The notes beneath the pieces are model-generated. The model saw nothing but the letters and a program-made list of their open reading frames with translations. It did not search any database and had not been told where the DNA came from. The position numbers and the translations under genes are program-made. Positions 27,737-36,675 of a DNA stretch of 64,000 bases are shown one piece after another. Origin of the DNA: an uncultured Gammaproteobacteria bacterium (GTDB taxonomy: Bacteria; Patescibacteriota; Patescibacteriia; UBA9934); NCBI GenBank assembly GCA_964613815.1, contig CAZTKG010000001.1, positions 72,895 to 136,894 on the forward strand, written 5' to 3'. The stretch's first letter is position 1. The number at the start of each line of letters is the position of its first letter.

Positions 27737-29047
27737 ATGGATTTAGACATTGAATTAGGGAGGCATGAGCTTAGCGATGAACGTAAAGAGATTTTACAAC
27801 AGGGGGATGAGGCTATTGAGCATGCTAGGGTGCGAGAAGGAGCTATTAGACATCTTAATATCGAACTTGGAGGGTTCAGTTTAACGATGAGTTCCGTCGC
27901 ACGTTATGAGCGTCTTATTGAAAAGCAAGGATACGAGATCGAGCGACTTGAGGCTGAAGACGACGGCTCAAGAGCTCAAGAAATTGCTGATGCGTATATT
28001 GATTATGAAAATTTAGATTCTGCTCTTGAGAAAGCTAGGGCTCGTTTGGAGAGGGTTGCTGTTGAGATTGATCGGCTGCTCGCTATTGAGCAAGCCGAAG
28101 AAGGAAAGGATGAGGAAGCGTTTGCTTCGCTTGAGCGCGCCATGGCAACGACTCGATACATGATTACGCGCGAGGAGACGCGAAATGGGATTATTTTGGA
28201 GCGTATAACGTCTGAATTGACTGAGGCTTCGGGGGAGATTCCGGATTTTTTGTCAGCGTTTAATGAAGCATTTGAGGATTTAAAAAATGCAGATGCGAGC
28301 ATTGAGGCGGATTCGCTTGTTGAATTGGGTGCGACGAGTGTTCATTTAAGGGCCGTTGATTACGATTCTTTTCTCGCAACACACTACGGCGAGCATGATG
28401 TGAGGTCCACGGAAGCTTCCGCCCACCTTGATCGGTTGGTTCATGAGAAGCTTCCACAGTCGATGCGTGATGAGATTGATGATCATATGCAAAAAGCTCT
28501 TCAAAAAGATGAACTTATGATTGATGAGGTGCCGGATGAATTTGAAATTGACATGTCCAACGAAGATGTTTCTGAGGGTGAGCGTGTGAGAAGAAGCGCT
28601 GCTTTGATGAACGGTGCGTCAGCGCGGGTCAGGCAAGCGAAGAAGGATAAGCCGCGGTTTTATGCATCAAAAGAAAAGAAGGCTGCTTGGAAAGAGCGCT
28701 TTGATGAAGCTTGGGAGTTTTATCGAGAGCAGTATACGTATCATTCCTTGGCAAAGATTGAGCGCGCGTATGTGAAGAAGTTGTTTGATGATGCGCGTGA
28801 AGAGGTGCGTGTTTGTGCTGAGATTTCGAAGGCGTCTACAAAGGCTCGGGATCGAATGGCTCCACTGCTTGGTTCGATACGAAGGGCTGATAAACTCACG
28901 GGGAAGATGAATCAATTATCGAATCTGGGTGATTCTGAAAATGTTCGGCATCGTCAGAAGATTCTAGATTCTGTTGGTCGAATGCGTGTTCAGCCGAATA
29001 ATAAACATTTGCAAAGATTTCTGGAGAGGCACAAAGGAAAAAAGTAA
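27737..29047 (+). CDS. Hypothetical acidic coiled-coil protein, paralog A of a tandem pair
   Basis: 436 aa. Acidic helical N-terminal part and a basic C-terminal KPRFYASKEKKAAWKERFDEAWEFYREQ motif shared with 29401..30729. Confidence 0.6.
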   Translation: MDLDIELGRHELSDERKEILQQGDEAIEHARVREGAIRHLNIELGGFSLTMSSVARYERLIEKQGYEIERLEAEDDGSRAQEIADAYIDYENLDSALEKARARLERVAVEIDRLLAIEQAEEGKDEEAFASLERAMATTRYMITREETRNGIILERITSELTEASGEIPDFLSAFNEAFEDLKNADASIEADSLVELGATSVHLRAVDYDSFLATHYGEHDVRSTEASAHLDRLVHEKLPQSMRDEIDDHMQKALQKDELMIDEVPDEFEIDMSNEDVSEGERVRRSAALMNGASARVRQAKKDKPRFYASKEKKAAWKERFDEAWEFYREQYTYHSLAKIERAYVKKLFDDAREEVRVCAEISKASTKARDRMAPLLGSIRRADKLTGKMNQLSNLGDSENVRHRQKILDSVGRMRVQPNNKHLQRFLERHKGKK

Positions 29048-29070
29048 CACGGACTCCCGTGTTACTTTTT
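29038..29070. terminator. Bidirectional terminator
   Basis: AAAAAGTAACACGG-actc-CCGTGTTACTTTTTT, a perfect 10-bp stem flanked by A and T runs. Confidence 0.75.
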
Positions 29071-29289
29071 TCGTGCGGTTTTGTTTGCAATGGCTTTATT
29101 CTTTTTTAGCGCGTCTGTAGATTTCCGCGCGTTGTCTGCGTCGATTTTTTTTCTGAGGTTTGTTACTTTTCTTGCGAGGGCTGCTTTTTGTTTCTTGAAT
29201 AGCTTCAGGTCTTCTAATATTGAGGCGTATTCTTTTTCCAGTGCTCGTTTTTCTTTATTGAGCTGTCCTTTATTTGATGATTTTGGCAT
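29062..29289 (-). CDS. Small Lys-rich coiled-coil protein encoded antisense between the two paralogs
   Basis: 75 aa, MPKSSNKGQLNKEKRALEKEYASILEDLKLFKKQKAALARKV..., ending at the bidirectional terminator. Confidence 0.4.
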   Translation of the reverse strand: MPKSSNKGQLNKEKRALEKEYASILEDLKLFKKQKAALARKVTNLRKKIDADNARKSTDALKKNKAIANKTARKK

Positions 29290-29400
29290 ATAAAATCATT
29301 ATAGCAGGCTTTTGTGATTTCGTTTGATGTGCGATTTCTTTGAAGTGTTATAATGATGTTGTAACAATTGTGCGTGGAGGTCCATGCTGGAAATCGTTTT

Positions 29401-30729
29401 ATGGTCGTAGATATTGAGGTGAAAAACCATGAGCTTAGTTCAGATGAGTTAAAAGATCTGGAAAGAGGGAGTGAGGCGATGGCGATGGCGCAGGCTCGTG
29501 AATTGTTTTTTAAGCGCTTCAACCTGTCTCTTGATTTGTACTCGCGTACATTGAAGGGTGTTCAGGATTTTAGTGAGAGTGTTTTATCAATTGAGCAGGA
29601 TATTGATGCGTTGGTCGAGCAGGATGAAAACGGTGTTCATGCGCAACGGATTGCGGATCTTCGTGATAGGGCTGTCGAGACTGATAAATTTTTAGATGCT
29701 TCGCATGAACGTTTGGCTGCATTGGCTGTGAGGATTGATGCGTACATTGCTGTGATGCAGGATATTGAGGGTAGTTCTAGCGATGCGCTTTTGTCGCTTG
29801 ATCGAGCACGCGCGACTGCTGTTGCGGTGCGTGAGGATCAGGAGTTACGAAGGGCTCGGTATTTACAGCGGCTTAGCAGAGAGATTGATCCGATGCAGAA
29901 AGAGCTGCAGGAAGATTTGCGTGTCATTGAAGTTGCATTTGAGGACATCGTCACGTATGACGATGAAGTGTCGGAAGATGATTTTGCGGAGATGGATGGA
30001 TACAACCCTGCTGATGGTCTGGATACTTGTGAGTCTTTTTTGGCAGATCGTCTAGACGTTCTCAATCCACGATTAGATGAGGCTAGTGAAGCGGTTGAGC
30101 TTTTAGAGACAAGGGATCTGGATTTGGCTGAGGCGGGTGAGCTACGTGCGCTGATGGATGAAGTTATGCGTAAAGATGTGTATGCGGTAGACGATGTTCC
30201 GCGAGAGTTTAGTGTCCGAATGTCGTTTCCGGATATTGTGGAAGATAGGCGCTTGCAGCGGGCAAAGGCTGGTAGCGTAGGGGCGGGCCGTGCATTTAGA
30301 CAGGAGAAAAAAAGGAAGCCGCGGTTTTATGAATCAAAAGAAAAAAAAGCTGCTTGGAAGAAGCGGGTTGATGCCGCATATAATTTTTTCCGAGAACAGC
30401 GTACTTATCAGCTTTTGGCAGCTGTAGAGCAGGATTTTGTGAAACGGATTGTTAAAAAAACGGAAGGGGTTCGTGCTGAGTTGCGTGTGTGTGTTGAATC
30501 TACTGAATTAGCATTAAATAAAGTTCGTCGTTTGCAGGACAGGGCTTATGTGTTGAAAGAAAAGTTGGTAGAATTCGGAGAGATTGAGGATATTGCAACA
30601 GATCATGATGACTATGTTGGCGATACTATGGAAGCAATTACGCGCCTGCATGTCGACGTTGATTCTGATTTGTTGGAGCGTTTCTTGGAGCATGTTAAGC
30701 AAGAAAAAAAGGACGTTCGTAGCCCTTGA
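29401..30729 (+). CDS. Hypothetical acidic coiled-coil protein, paralog B
   Basis: N-terminus MVVDIEVKNHELSSDELKDL parallels MDLDIELGRHELSDERKEIL of paralog A. Shares the KPRFYESKEKKAAWKKRVDAAYNFFREQ block. Confidence 0.6.
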   Translation: MVVDIEVKNHELSSDELKDLERGSEAMAMAQARELFFKRFNLSLDLYSRTLKGVQDFSESVLSIEQDIDALVEQDENGVHAQRIADLRDRAVETDKFLDASHERLAALAVRIDAYIAVMQDIEGSSSDALLSLDRARATAVAVREDQELRRARYLQRLSREIDPMQKELQEDLRVIEVAFEDIVTYDDEVSEDDFAEMDGYNPADGLDTCESFLADRLDVLNPRLDEASEAVELLETRDLDLAEAGELRALMDEVMRKDVYAVDDVPREFSVRMSFPDIVEDRRLQRAKAGSVGAGRAFRQEKKRKPRFYESKEKKAAWKKRVDAAYNFFREQRTYQLLAAVEQDFVKRIVKKTEGVRAELRVCVESTELALNKVRRLQDRAYVLKEKLVEFGEIEDIATDHDDYVGDTMEAITRLHVDVDSDLLERFLEHVKQEKKDVRSP

Positions 30730-30735
30730 AATTTT

Positions 30736-31908
30736 CTAGTGAATCGTTCGTTTTTTTGTGATGAGGAATGCGAAAATCCCTGAGAGCGCAGAGGCGGCGA
30801 GGATAAAGATCATTGGAAGAACTATTGATGATGTTTTTTCTACGGCTTCGTTTTGCTCTTGAAGATTGTATTTTGCTGCTTTGAAGATGTCGACTCTTCC
30901 GTTGCTCCCGCTATAGACATATTCCCAAGCAATTTCTTTGCTTTCAGTGACTTCAACGAGGCGCCCCTCTGTTCCTTCCGTGATGAGCGTGTTTCCGTTT
31001 GGAAGTCTTTGCGCTCCACTGATTCTGTCCGCTGCGAGGTCGCTCGCACGGTATTCCCAGACGATCTGGTTTGTGTTTGGATCTACCTCGACGGCGCGTG
31101 ACCATCCCCTACTCTCTCCATTATCGAATATAAGGACGTTCCCGTTGTCGAGGAGTGATGGGTCGTGAGGGCCGTCCAGCTCGCCAGATCCCCATTGCCA
31201 ATCAATTTCGTTTGTTTCTAGGTTTAAGATGAAGATGTCGCTTAGCGTGCGGCTACTGAAGATAGCTGAGGCCGCGCCGTTGAAGGAGTTTGATGCTGGG
31301 ATGTATTCGAGTGAGTTGACATGTGAGAGTTCTTTTTGACCTCTTGTGACGTTTACTTTTTGAAGGTTTAGGTGGTCTTGCAGGCTCCACTGCCAGATGA
31401 TGTTTTGTGTGTCATAGTCGATTTCGACAATTTTGTCTGACCAGAATTCTTGTGAGATGCCGAGTGTTGATTTGTTAGTTTCGGACACGGGTTCCCAAAG
31501 AATGGCGAGGACGTTGCCCTCAGGTGTCATGTCAAAATCGTGGTGAAAGAATTTGTTTTTGTATTCCCAAAGTGTCTCCCCTTCCCAGTTTAGATGCATG
31601 ATTGATGCAGGTATGTCATCGAATAGATCCACTGGTTGTGCTTTTGCATTTAGACGGTAAAGAATGGTTTTGTCGGGTTGGAGTTCGGCGAATTGGCCGC
31701 CTGCTAGATCCAGTGTCCATGTATTGATCGGGGCTCCGCTGTTATCGATGAGGTAGAACTCGTTTGTACCTTCCGGGCTATTTGAGCCTGACTGAGGCGT
31801 GATGAGTGCCGCGCCTTCAAAGGCGTTGGAGGTGTTTATGGCTACACTCGCGATCGCGGTGGTTGGGATTAACAGAAGTATTGCGATCATTATTGAATAT
31901 TTTTGCAT
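30736..31908 (-). CDS. Secreted beta-propeller protein, arylsulfotransferase (ASST)-like, with C-terminal TM anchor
   Basis: Signal peptide. Repeated LxNGNxL / WxW blades (LDNGNVLIFDNG, LPNGNTLITEG, IIWQWSLQDH). C-terminal hydrophobic helix. Confidence 0.45.
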   Translation of the reverse strand: MQKYSIMIAILLLIPTTAIASVAINTSNAFEGAALITPQSGSNSPEGTNEFYLIDNSGAPINTWTLDLAGGQFAELQPDKTILYRLNAKAQPVDLFDDIPASIMHLNWEGETLWEYKNKFFHHDFDMTPEGNVLAILWEPVSETNKSTLGISQEFWSDKIVEIDYDTQNIIWQWSLQDHLNLQKVNVTRGQKELSHVNSLEYIPASNSFNGAASAIFSSRTLSDIFILNLETNEIDWQWGSGELDGPHDPSLLDNGNVLIFDNGESRGWSRAVEVDPNTNQIVWEYRASDLAADRISGAQRLPNGNTLITEGTEGRLVEVTESKEIAWEYVYSGSNGRVDIFKAAKYNLQEQNEAVEKTSSIVLPMIFILAASALSGIFAFLITKKRTIH

Positions 31909-31911
31909 AGA

Positions 31912-32619
31912 CTATTCTGCAACGTCTGCCGCTGCCTTGTTTACAAGTACGGTTTGAATCGCTTCACGTAAAGCGTCCTGCATAGTTTGTTGATCAAATC
32001 CGTCGAAGCCGACTTGATTTAGAGCGACATAAGATTTATCTGGGGTATCGCATGTGATTTTTGCTTTTTCTCCCCATGAGGCACCGTCATCTGTTGGCAT
32101 GTTCAAGGTGAGGGTGATGTCGCTTTCTTCGTCTCCATCGATGTAGGCGTGGATGAAATTGTCTTCGGTTTCGATGACGAGGTCGGCTAGGAGTTCTTGA
32201 TATCTGTCTGCGAAGTCTTTGTCGGCCTTCATTCGGTCGGAGACGACTTCATCAAAAAATGCGGTGTGCCCTTCCCCGTCTTTGTAGGGAAAGCTGTTCA
32301 GAAGGTCGGTCGTGATGCCTGCATTTCGTAGGTCATATGTGGTCGTTGGTGTATTTTCGTCATCCTCTTCGTTTTCTGTCCATGTACGTTCTGATTCATC
32401 AAGTGCATGAATAGCTTTTTGTAGTGCTTTTTTTGCTGTTTTGATTTCTTTTTTGTTTGGTTTTCTGGCTTCTTGAGTGCTTGTTTGCTGGTCTAAGCAT
32501 CCGAGTTCGTGCGCTGCACTAATTGCGAGACTTCCTGCGAGCGCGATGTAAAGCAAGGGTGATTTTTCTTTGACTTCTTTTTGTTCTTGCGGTCGAGGTT
32601 TGCGTTCGTGTTTTTTCAT
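31912..32619 (-). CDS. Hypothetical secreted or lipoprotein, acidic
   Basis: N-terminal hydrophobic segment with Cys (LAISAAHELGC). No recognisable domain. Confidence 0.45.
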   Translation of the reverse strand: MKKHERKPRPQEQKEVKEKSPLLYIALAGSLAISAAHELGCLDQQTSTQEARKPNKKEIKTAKKALQKAIHALDESERTWTENEEDDENTPTTTYDLRNAGITTDLLNSFPYKDGEGHTAFFDEVVSDRMKADKDFADRYQELLADLVIETEDNFIHAYIDGDEESDITLTLNMPTDDGASWGEKAKITCDTPDKSYVALNQVGFDGFDQQTMQDALREAIQTVLVNKAAADVAE

Positions 32620-32719
32620 ATTGTTTTGTTTGAGTTGTTACACAGAATAGCATTCGGTGATGGTTGTGGCTATCGTTGCGTTCATTTGATTGATGATTTA
32701 TGGTTGACCGGGAGGCGAT

Positions 32720-32911
32720 ATGTCCGTTCATTCGTTTTGTGCTCATGTGCTGCTCATGGTTTGCGGTGTTGTCGGCATGTGTCATTGGATGCTGCCGAAT
32801 CAATTGATGTTTGTGGTTAGTGGTGGCTGCTGTTGTAACCCCGTTTGTCCTTACGTGATCTCCGGGATCGCGTTTTTTGTTTTTTTATTTGTGAAATGTT
32901 TCGGTTTTTGA
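32720..32911 (+). CDS. Small Cys-rich hydrophobic peptide (63 aa, 9 Cys)
   Basis: Strong RBS (GGGAGG, 5 nt from the ATG). MSVHSFCAHVLLMVCGVVGMCHWMLPNQLMFVVSGGCCCNPVCPYV... A terminator hairpin with T-run follows immediately (32857..32895). Confidence 0.4.
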   Translation: MSVHSFCAHVLLMVCGVVGMCHWMLPNQLMFVVSGGCCCNPVCPYVISGIAFFVFLFVKCFGF

Positions 32912-32925
32912 GAACATATGATTAT

Positions 32926-33753
32926 ATGAGTAATTCATTTGAAAGCCTTCCGTCGGTCGAAGTTGAGAAGAGATCTAATGTTGTGTTTGATTCGATGGAA
33001 AAACGAGAGAGGATTGTGGCGAGATCTCTTGAGATTGTTGATGATATAGCTGCTCGTAATTCAAAAATTATCGTTTTTCCAGATCGATCTGCAAGACCTA
33101 TTTCTTGGATGATTCGTGAAGCTTGGAAGGCTCGTTTTCCAGACGAAGCCGCGCCAAAGATGTTGTTTGTGAATATTGGGCGAGAAAAGGTTGCTTGGGC
33201 TGATGGGTATCTTCCAGGTATGAGCGGACACAAACTTTGGTCTTCTGATGAGGAGTTTTTTGAAGATTTTGACGATGAGTTCAACGTTGGTCCGTATTTG
33301 AAGGCTATTCAGGGTAGTATTGATGCACTCGATGAGGAAGCTGAGAATATGGAGGCTCGAGCAGAATTGACGGATGAGAATGAGCCTCACTTGCTTGTAC
33401 TTGATGATTTTGCGAATACAAATCTCAGTGTAGGTTTGACCATGGCGTTTTTTCGACATCATTTTCCCAATATTGAGGTTAAACACGACATCTTTTTTGA
33501 AAACGTCGACGATCGTATATTTGCGAAGAAGGGTTGGGACGGCGCTTTTATGCCTTGGTATGAGGACAAGTCTTACACGCTTTTGTCTGAAGAAGATGGG
33601 GAGTTTATTGCTGAGGACACGACGGTTCCTTCTGGTACGACGACGGCTATTACAGCTGAGGTTGAGCGTGATGTTGAGAGACGGAAGAAGGGGTTAGATT
33701 TGAAGCGAGAAATTCGTGAATTGTTTGCGGGTGTTCACGTTTCGTCAATTTAG
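32926..33753 (+). CDS. Hypothetical protein
   Basis: Track ORF 32845..33753. The MSNSFESL start is more plausible. No motif recognised. Confidence 0.45.
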   Translation: MSNSFESLPSVEVEKRSNVVFDSMEKRERIVARSLEIVDDIAARNSKIIVFPDRSARPISWMIREAWKARFPDEAAPKMLFVNIGREKVAWADGYLPGMSGHKLWSSDEEFFEDFDDEFNVGPYLKAIQGSIDALDEEAENMEARAELTDENEPHLLVLDDFANTNLSVGLTMAFFRHHFPNIEVKHDIFFENVDDRIFAKKGWDGAFMPWYEDKSYTLLSEEDGEFIAEDTTVPSGTTTAITAEVERDVERRKKGLDLKREIRELFAGVHVSSI

Positions 33754-33829
33754 TTGAAATCAAAAGCCCCCACAGCGGGGTGAGGACTTAGAAAGTAGTC
33801 TCCATGAGTTTCATGGGGCCTCCTTGAGG

Positions 33830-34236
33830 TTAGCGCCAGTCGTTGCGATGGCGAGTTTTGGAACGGGTGGCCTTCTTGCCTCTTCTGGAGGCGCGGAAGG
33901 TGTTTTTGATCATGCTGTCCGTGACGGAATCGGGGTTGTCCCGGAGGGCGTTGCGGAGCTGGAGGATCCTCGGGATGAGGGTCCGTTCGTTGTAGCCGTG
34001 CGCGAGGGTGACGATCTCGCGGATGTCCGACGTGTCTCGGAGCAGGAGCTCCTTGGCGAGATGCCGGAAGTTGCGGACGTTCTTGGCTGCGCGCACGTCC
34101 TCGATGGTGACGATGTCGTGCTTTTTGCGGTTGCGTTTGGCCTCGGCCTCTGCGTTGAGTTGATCGAGTGCGTCTGACTCTGCAGCCTGACGATCATCGA
34201 GGATTCCGCTTTCGCGGAGTAGTCTTGCGAATGACA
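33830..34236 (-). CDS. Hypothetical protein encoded in GC-rich islet 2 (about 58% GC)
   Basis: MSFARLLRESGILDDRQAAESDALDQLNAEAEAKRNRKK... basic C-terminus. Base composition departs from flanking DNA. Confidence 0.45.
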
Positions 34237-34324
34237 TTGCTTTCACCTCCTTGATTGGAAAGCTGGCTAATAATAGCACAAAAATATCGTTTTGTCAATA
34301 GGGCTATCGCATTGAATGTATCAA

Positions 34325-34345
34325 AAAATCAGCCATAAGCTGATT
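34325..34345. terminator. Bidirectional terminator
   Basis: AAAAAATCAGC-cataa-GCTGATTTTTCTTTT. Confidence 0.6.
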
Positions 34346-34351
34346 TTTCTT

Positions 34352-34702
34352 TTAAAAACTAAGTCCATCTTTTTCTAGGAGTTTCAGAATGCGATCAAGT
34401 TTCTTGTTTATGCTTTTGATCTCTTCTTTGAGCGTTGGACCGATTGCTTGTTTTGGTTTAAACGCCTTCTTTTCATGATGCTTTCGTGGTCCTCGTGGCC
34501 CCGCGTCTCCCCCATCAAAACAGTCACGGCAAAGAACTGGCTTGCTGCCATTTGGTTTGAACGGAACGGTACAACTTTTTCTGCACTGGCTGCACGTTGT
34601 TTTGAAGTTGATTTTTTCTTGGCTGAATTTCTGTCCTCCACCTTTTTTTGCGTACTTCCCTGGCCCTCGTTTTCCAGTGCCTGATTTCTTAAAATATGCC
34701 AT
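34352..34702 (-). CDS. Small zinc-ribbon protein (CxxC...CxxC) with Gly/Lys-rich N-terminus
   Basis: CSQCRKSC ... CRDCFDGG, a four-Cys zinc ribbon. Confidence 0.5.
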   Translation of the reverse strand: MAYFKKSGTGKRGPGKYAKKGGGQKFSQEKINFKTTCSQCRKSCTVPFKPNGSKPVLCRDCFDGGDAGPRGPRKHHEKKAFKPKQAIGPTLKEEIKSINKKLDRILKLLEKDGLSF

Positions 34703-34789
34703 GTTGTGTTTTGATTTGCTAAGTTGGAAGACTACATGGAATATGGGGGTGTGTCAAGTGTTTTGGTAGATAAAATGTGCATCATGAGT

Positions 34790-35575
34790 TTAGAGTAAGA
34801 TTACTATGATGCTGATGATGGCTATGATAAGGATCACGAGCGGGCCCGTGTGTTTGTTTTTTGTTTTTGTCTGAATGGGTTGGTTGATCTTTGGTTTTTG
34901 GGCGTCTCGCTTTGATTCCGCTGCCATGACTCGGTGGTCCATGTTTGGGAATTGCAGTTTTGCGTTGATGATGTCCCCTGTTTTCCCGTTAAAATATGTT
35001 TGATTGAGTTTATCGAGCCGTTCTTGGTGTGCCTCGATGGATTCGTATGAGGTGAAATAGAAGTCATGATAATCGCACATGACGAATTTTGCTTGAGGAT
35101 GCTTTATTAAGCACTCAGCTACTTTTCTCGCTGTTTGCAAAAAAGATTCGGTCTGTATTTCTGCATTTTTTCTGTCTCTGAAGTCTGGTGTCGTTAGGTG
35201 TTGGATGAGTTGTTCTTTTGTTGGCTCATCTAAATTTGCAATTTCAATGATTGACTCTCTTGTTGTGCACGTGGTTCTTGGAAGGAGAAATTTATTATCA
35301 TTTAATTCGTCGAATTTCTCGTTTATCCTGCCTGCTGAGCTTGGGTACTCGCATGGGGTCATTTTTACGGTGCCGTAAACCACGTCGGCATGCCGTAGAT
35401 GATTTGCTCTTTCTTCCCCCTCGCTTTTTTGTGTGTAGTAAATCCAAAGAAGCTCATCAGGTAGGTCGCCGTCGTTTTGGCGAGTTTTTATGGCCGCCAT
35501 TTCGGACGCGAGTTCTTGCCATTTTTGATCGGCTTGTTTTTCGTCGTAGACGATGTAGTGCATGTCTGATCCCAT
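34790..35575 (-). CDS. Hypothetical protein with C-terminal TM anchor
   Basis: 261 aa ending in LVILIIAIISIIVILL. No motif recognised. Confidence 0.5.
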   Translation of the reverse strand: MGSDMHYIVYDEKQADQKWQELASEMAAIKTRQNDGDLPDELLWIYYTQKSEGEERANHLRHADVVYGTVKMTPCEYPSSAGRINEKFDELNDNKFLLPRTTCTTRESIIEIANLDEPTKEQLIQHLTTPDFRDRKNAEIQTESFLQTARKVAECLIKHPQAKFVMCDYHDFYFTSYESIEAHQERLDKLNQTYFNGKTGDIINAKLQFPNMDHRVMAAESKRDAQKPKINQPIQTKTKNKHTGPLVILIIAIISIIVILL

Positions 35576-35616
35576 ATCAGGTGTTGTTGTGACCTTTATG
35601 TGTTTTCGCCAATGTT

Positions 35617-36004
35617 TTAACGATGGGGATTGAGGACAGTTTCATAACCAATGATCTCTGTTAGTTTTGAAATGAGTTGGTGCTCATTTGCGTATTCGTG
35701 AATTTGTTTTGTTATTGTTGCGATGGATGATGATACGGTCCTATCGGTTTTATGAATTGCAATGATTGGAAGATTTATTGAGTTTGCCCAGCCGAGTTCA
35801 ATACCTAGGCCTGTTGAGGGATGTGAAACCTCTGCGATGAATAGGTTCATTGTTTTCAGTTTTTCTTGCGTATTCGTTGGTGCGATCGAATGTTCGTGCG
35901 GGAGGATGATTTCGTGTTTGGTATTTAGTTCTGAGTTTTTGATTGGCTGGTAGAGATCTTTTTTGTAATCAAAGCTTGATGAATGGCCGACGTATATTTT
36001 CATG
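35617..36004 (-). CDS. Nucleoside 2-deoxyribosyltransferase-like protein
   Basis: MKIYVGHSS...NLFIAEVSHPSTGLGIELGWANSINLPIIAI fits the NDT-family Rossmann pattern. The track ORF start (36156) spuriously extends into the tRNA exon. Confidence 0.4.
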
Positions 36005-36075
36005 ATTCTAGTGTATAAGAAAACCCGCTTTGAGGTCGAGCGATATGTTATTGGTTTTGCGAGATTTTTATCAGC

Positions 36076-36101
36076 AATGAAAAACACCACCGCGAACGGT
36101 G
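36076..36101 (-). terminator. Rho-independent terminator immediately after the tRNA-Asn 3' end
   Basis: On the minus strand: CACCG-TTCG-CGGTG followed by GUGUUUUUC. Confidence 0.65.
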
Positions 36102-36151
36102 ATGTTTTCTTGGCTCCGGGGGTGGGATTCGAACCCACGACCAATTGGTTA

Positions 36152-36675
36152 CACATTATCCTGATGTTTCCATCGGGGGTGGACTATATCATCATCCCTT
36201 TGGGATGCGAGGCGCTTCGAACTGATTTTTCAGCCCTACTCCTTGCGGATAGTCTCTGAACCTTCCCTTTCGGGCTTGGCTGCTGATTGCCCTGTCTTTC
36301 GATTTAGGTTTCCAGCAATTCACCTCGTTTTCACTCCAACGTTGCCGATGGAGGCTGCGTGATGCCAGCATGAATTTCTCTATGGCAGTTTGCACAAATT
36401 AGAACACATTTGTCGAGCTCTTTTTTCACCCTTTCCCGCGATCGAGTCAGTCCATCTTGAGATATTCCAAACTCTTTTTTTGATGGGTCAAGATGATGAA
36501 AGTCGAGTGCACTCCCGCATTTTTTATAGCTGCAGATCGTGCACTGGCGCCGAGATATTCGACAGCCATTTGTCTGACTTTTTTGCGCCTTTTTGAAACT
36601 GCTTTTTTGAGATACTCAGCTCTGTCGGCGTATTTTCTCTTGTCTGGCATGGTTTTCGTATACCTGACGTGTTTC
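36152..36675 (-). mobile_element. Group I intron (about 524 nt) carrying an HNH homing-endonuclease pseudogene
   Basis: Lies between the tRNA exons. Contains the P7-like GUUCAGAGACUA element near the 3' end, a 5' splice site after U and a 3' splice site after G, and an internal HNH ORF. Confidence 0.7.
36331..36650 (-). pseudogene. HNH homing endonuclease, frameshifted (1-nt deletion near 36547-36550)
   Basis: Frame A reads MPDKRKYADRAEYLKKAVSKRRKKVRQMAVEYLG. The +1 frame then reads QCTICSYKKCGSALDFHHLDPSKKEF...DKCVLICANCHREIHAGI, a complete HNH motif set. A single G deletion in ...CTCGGCG(G)CCAG... explains the break. Confidence 0.75.

Noticed and set aside
36109-36400. tmRNA or other tRNA-like ncRNA, suggested by a canonical T-arm and CCA end with an upstream GGGCUGAAAAAUCAG segment resembling a tmRNA 5' end
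   Set aside because: The matching acceptor 5' strand (UCCGGGG), D-arm and anticodon stem sit 524 nt upstream at 36676-36709 and assemble into a normal tRNA. The intervening sequence has group I intron hallmarks and an HNH ORF. No tag-peptide reading frame is present.
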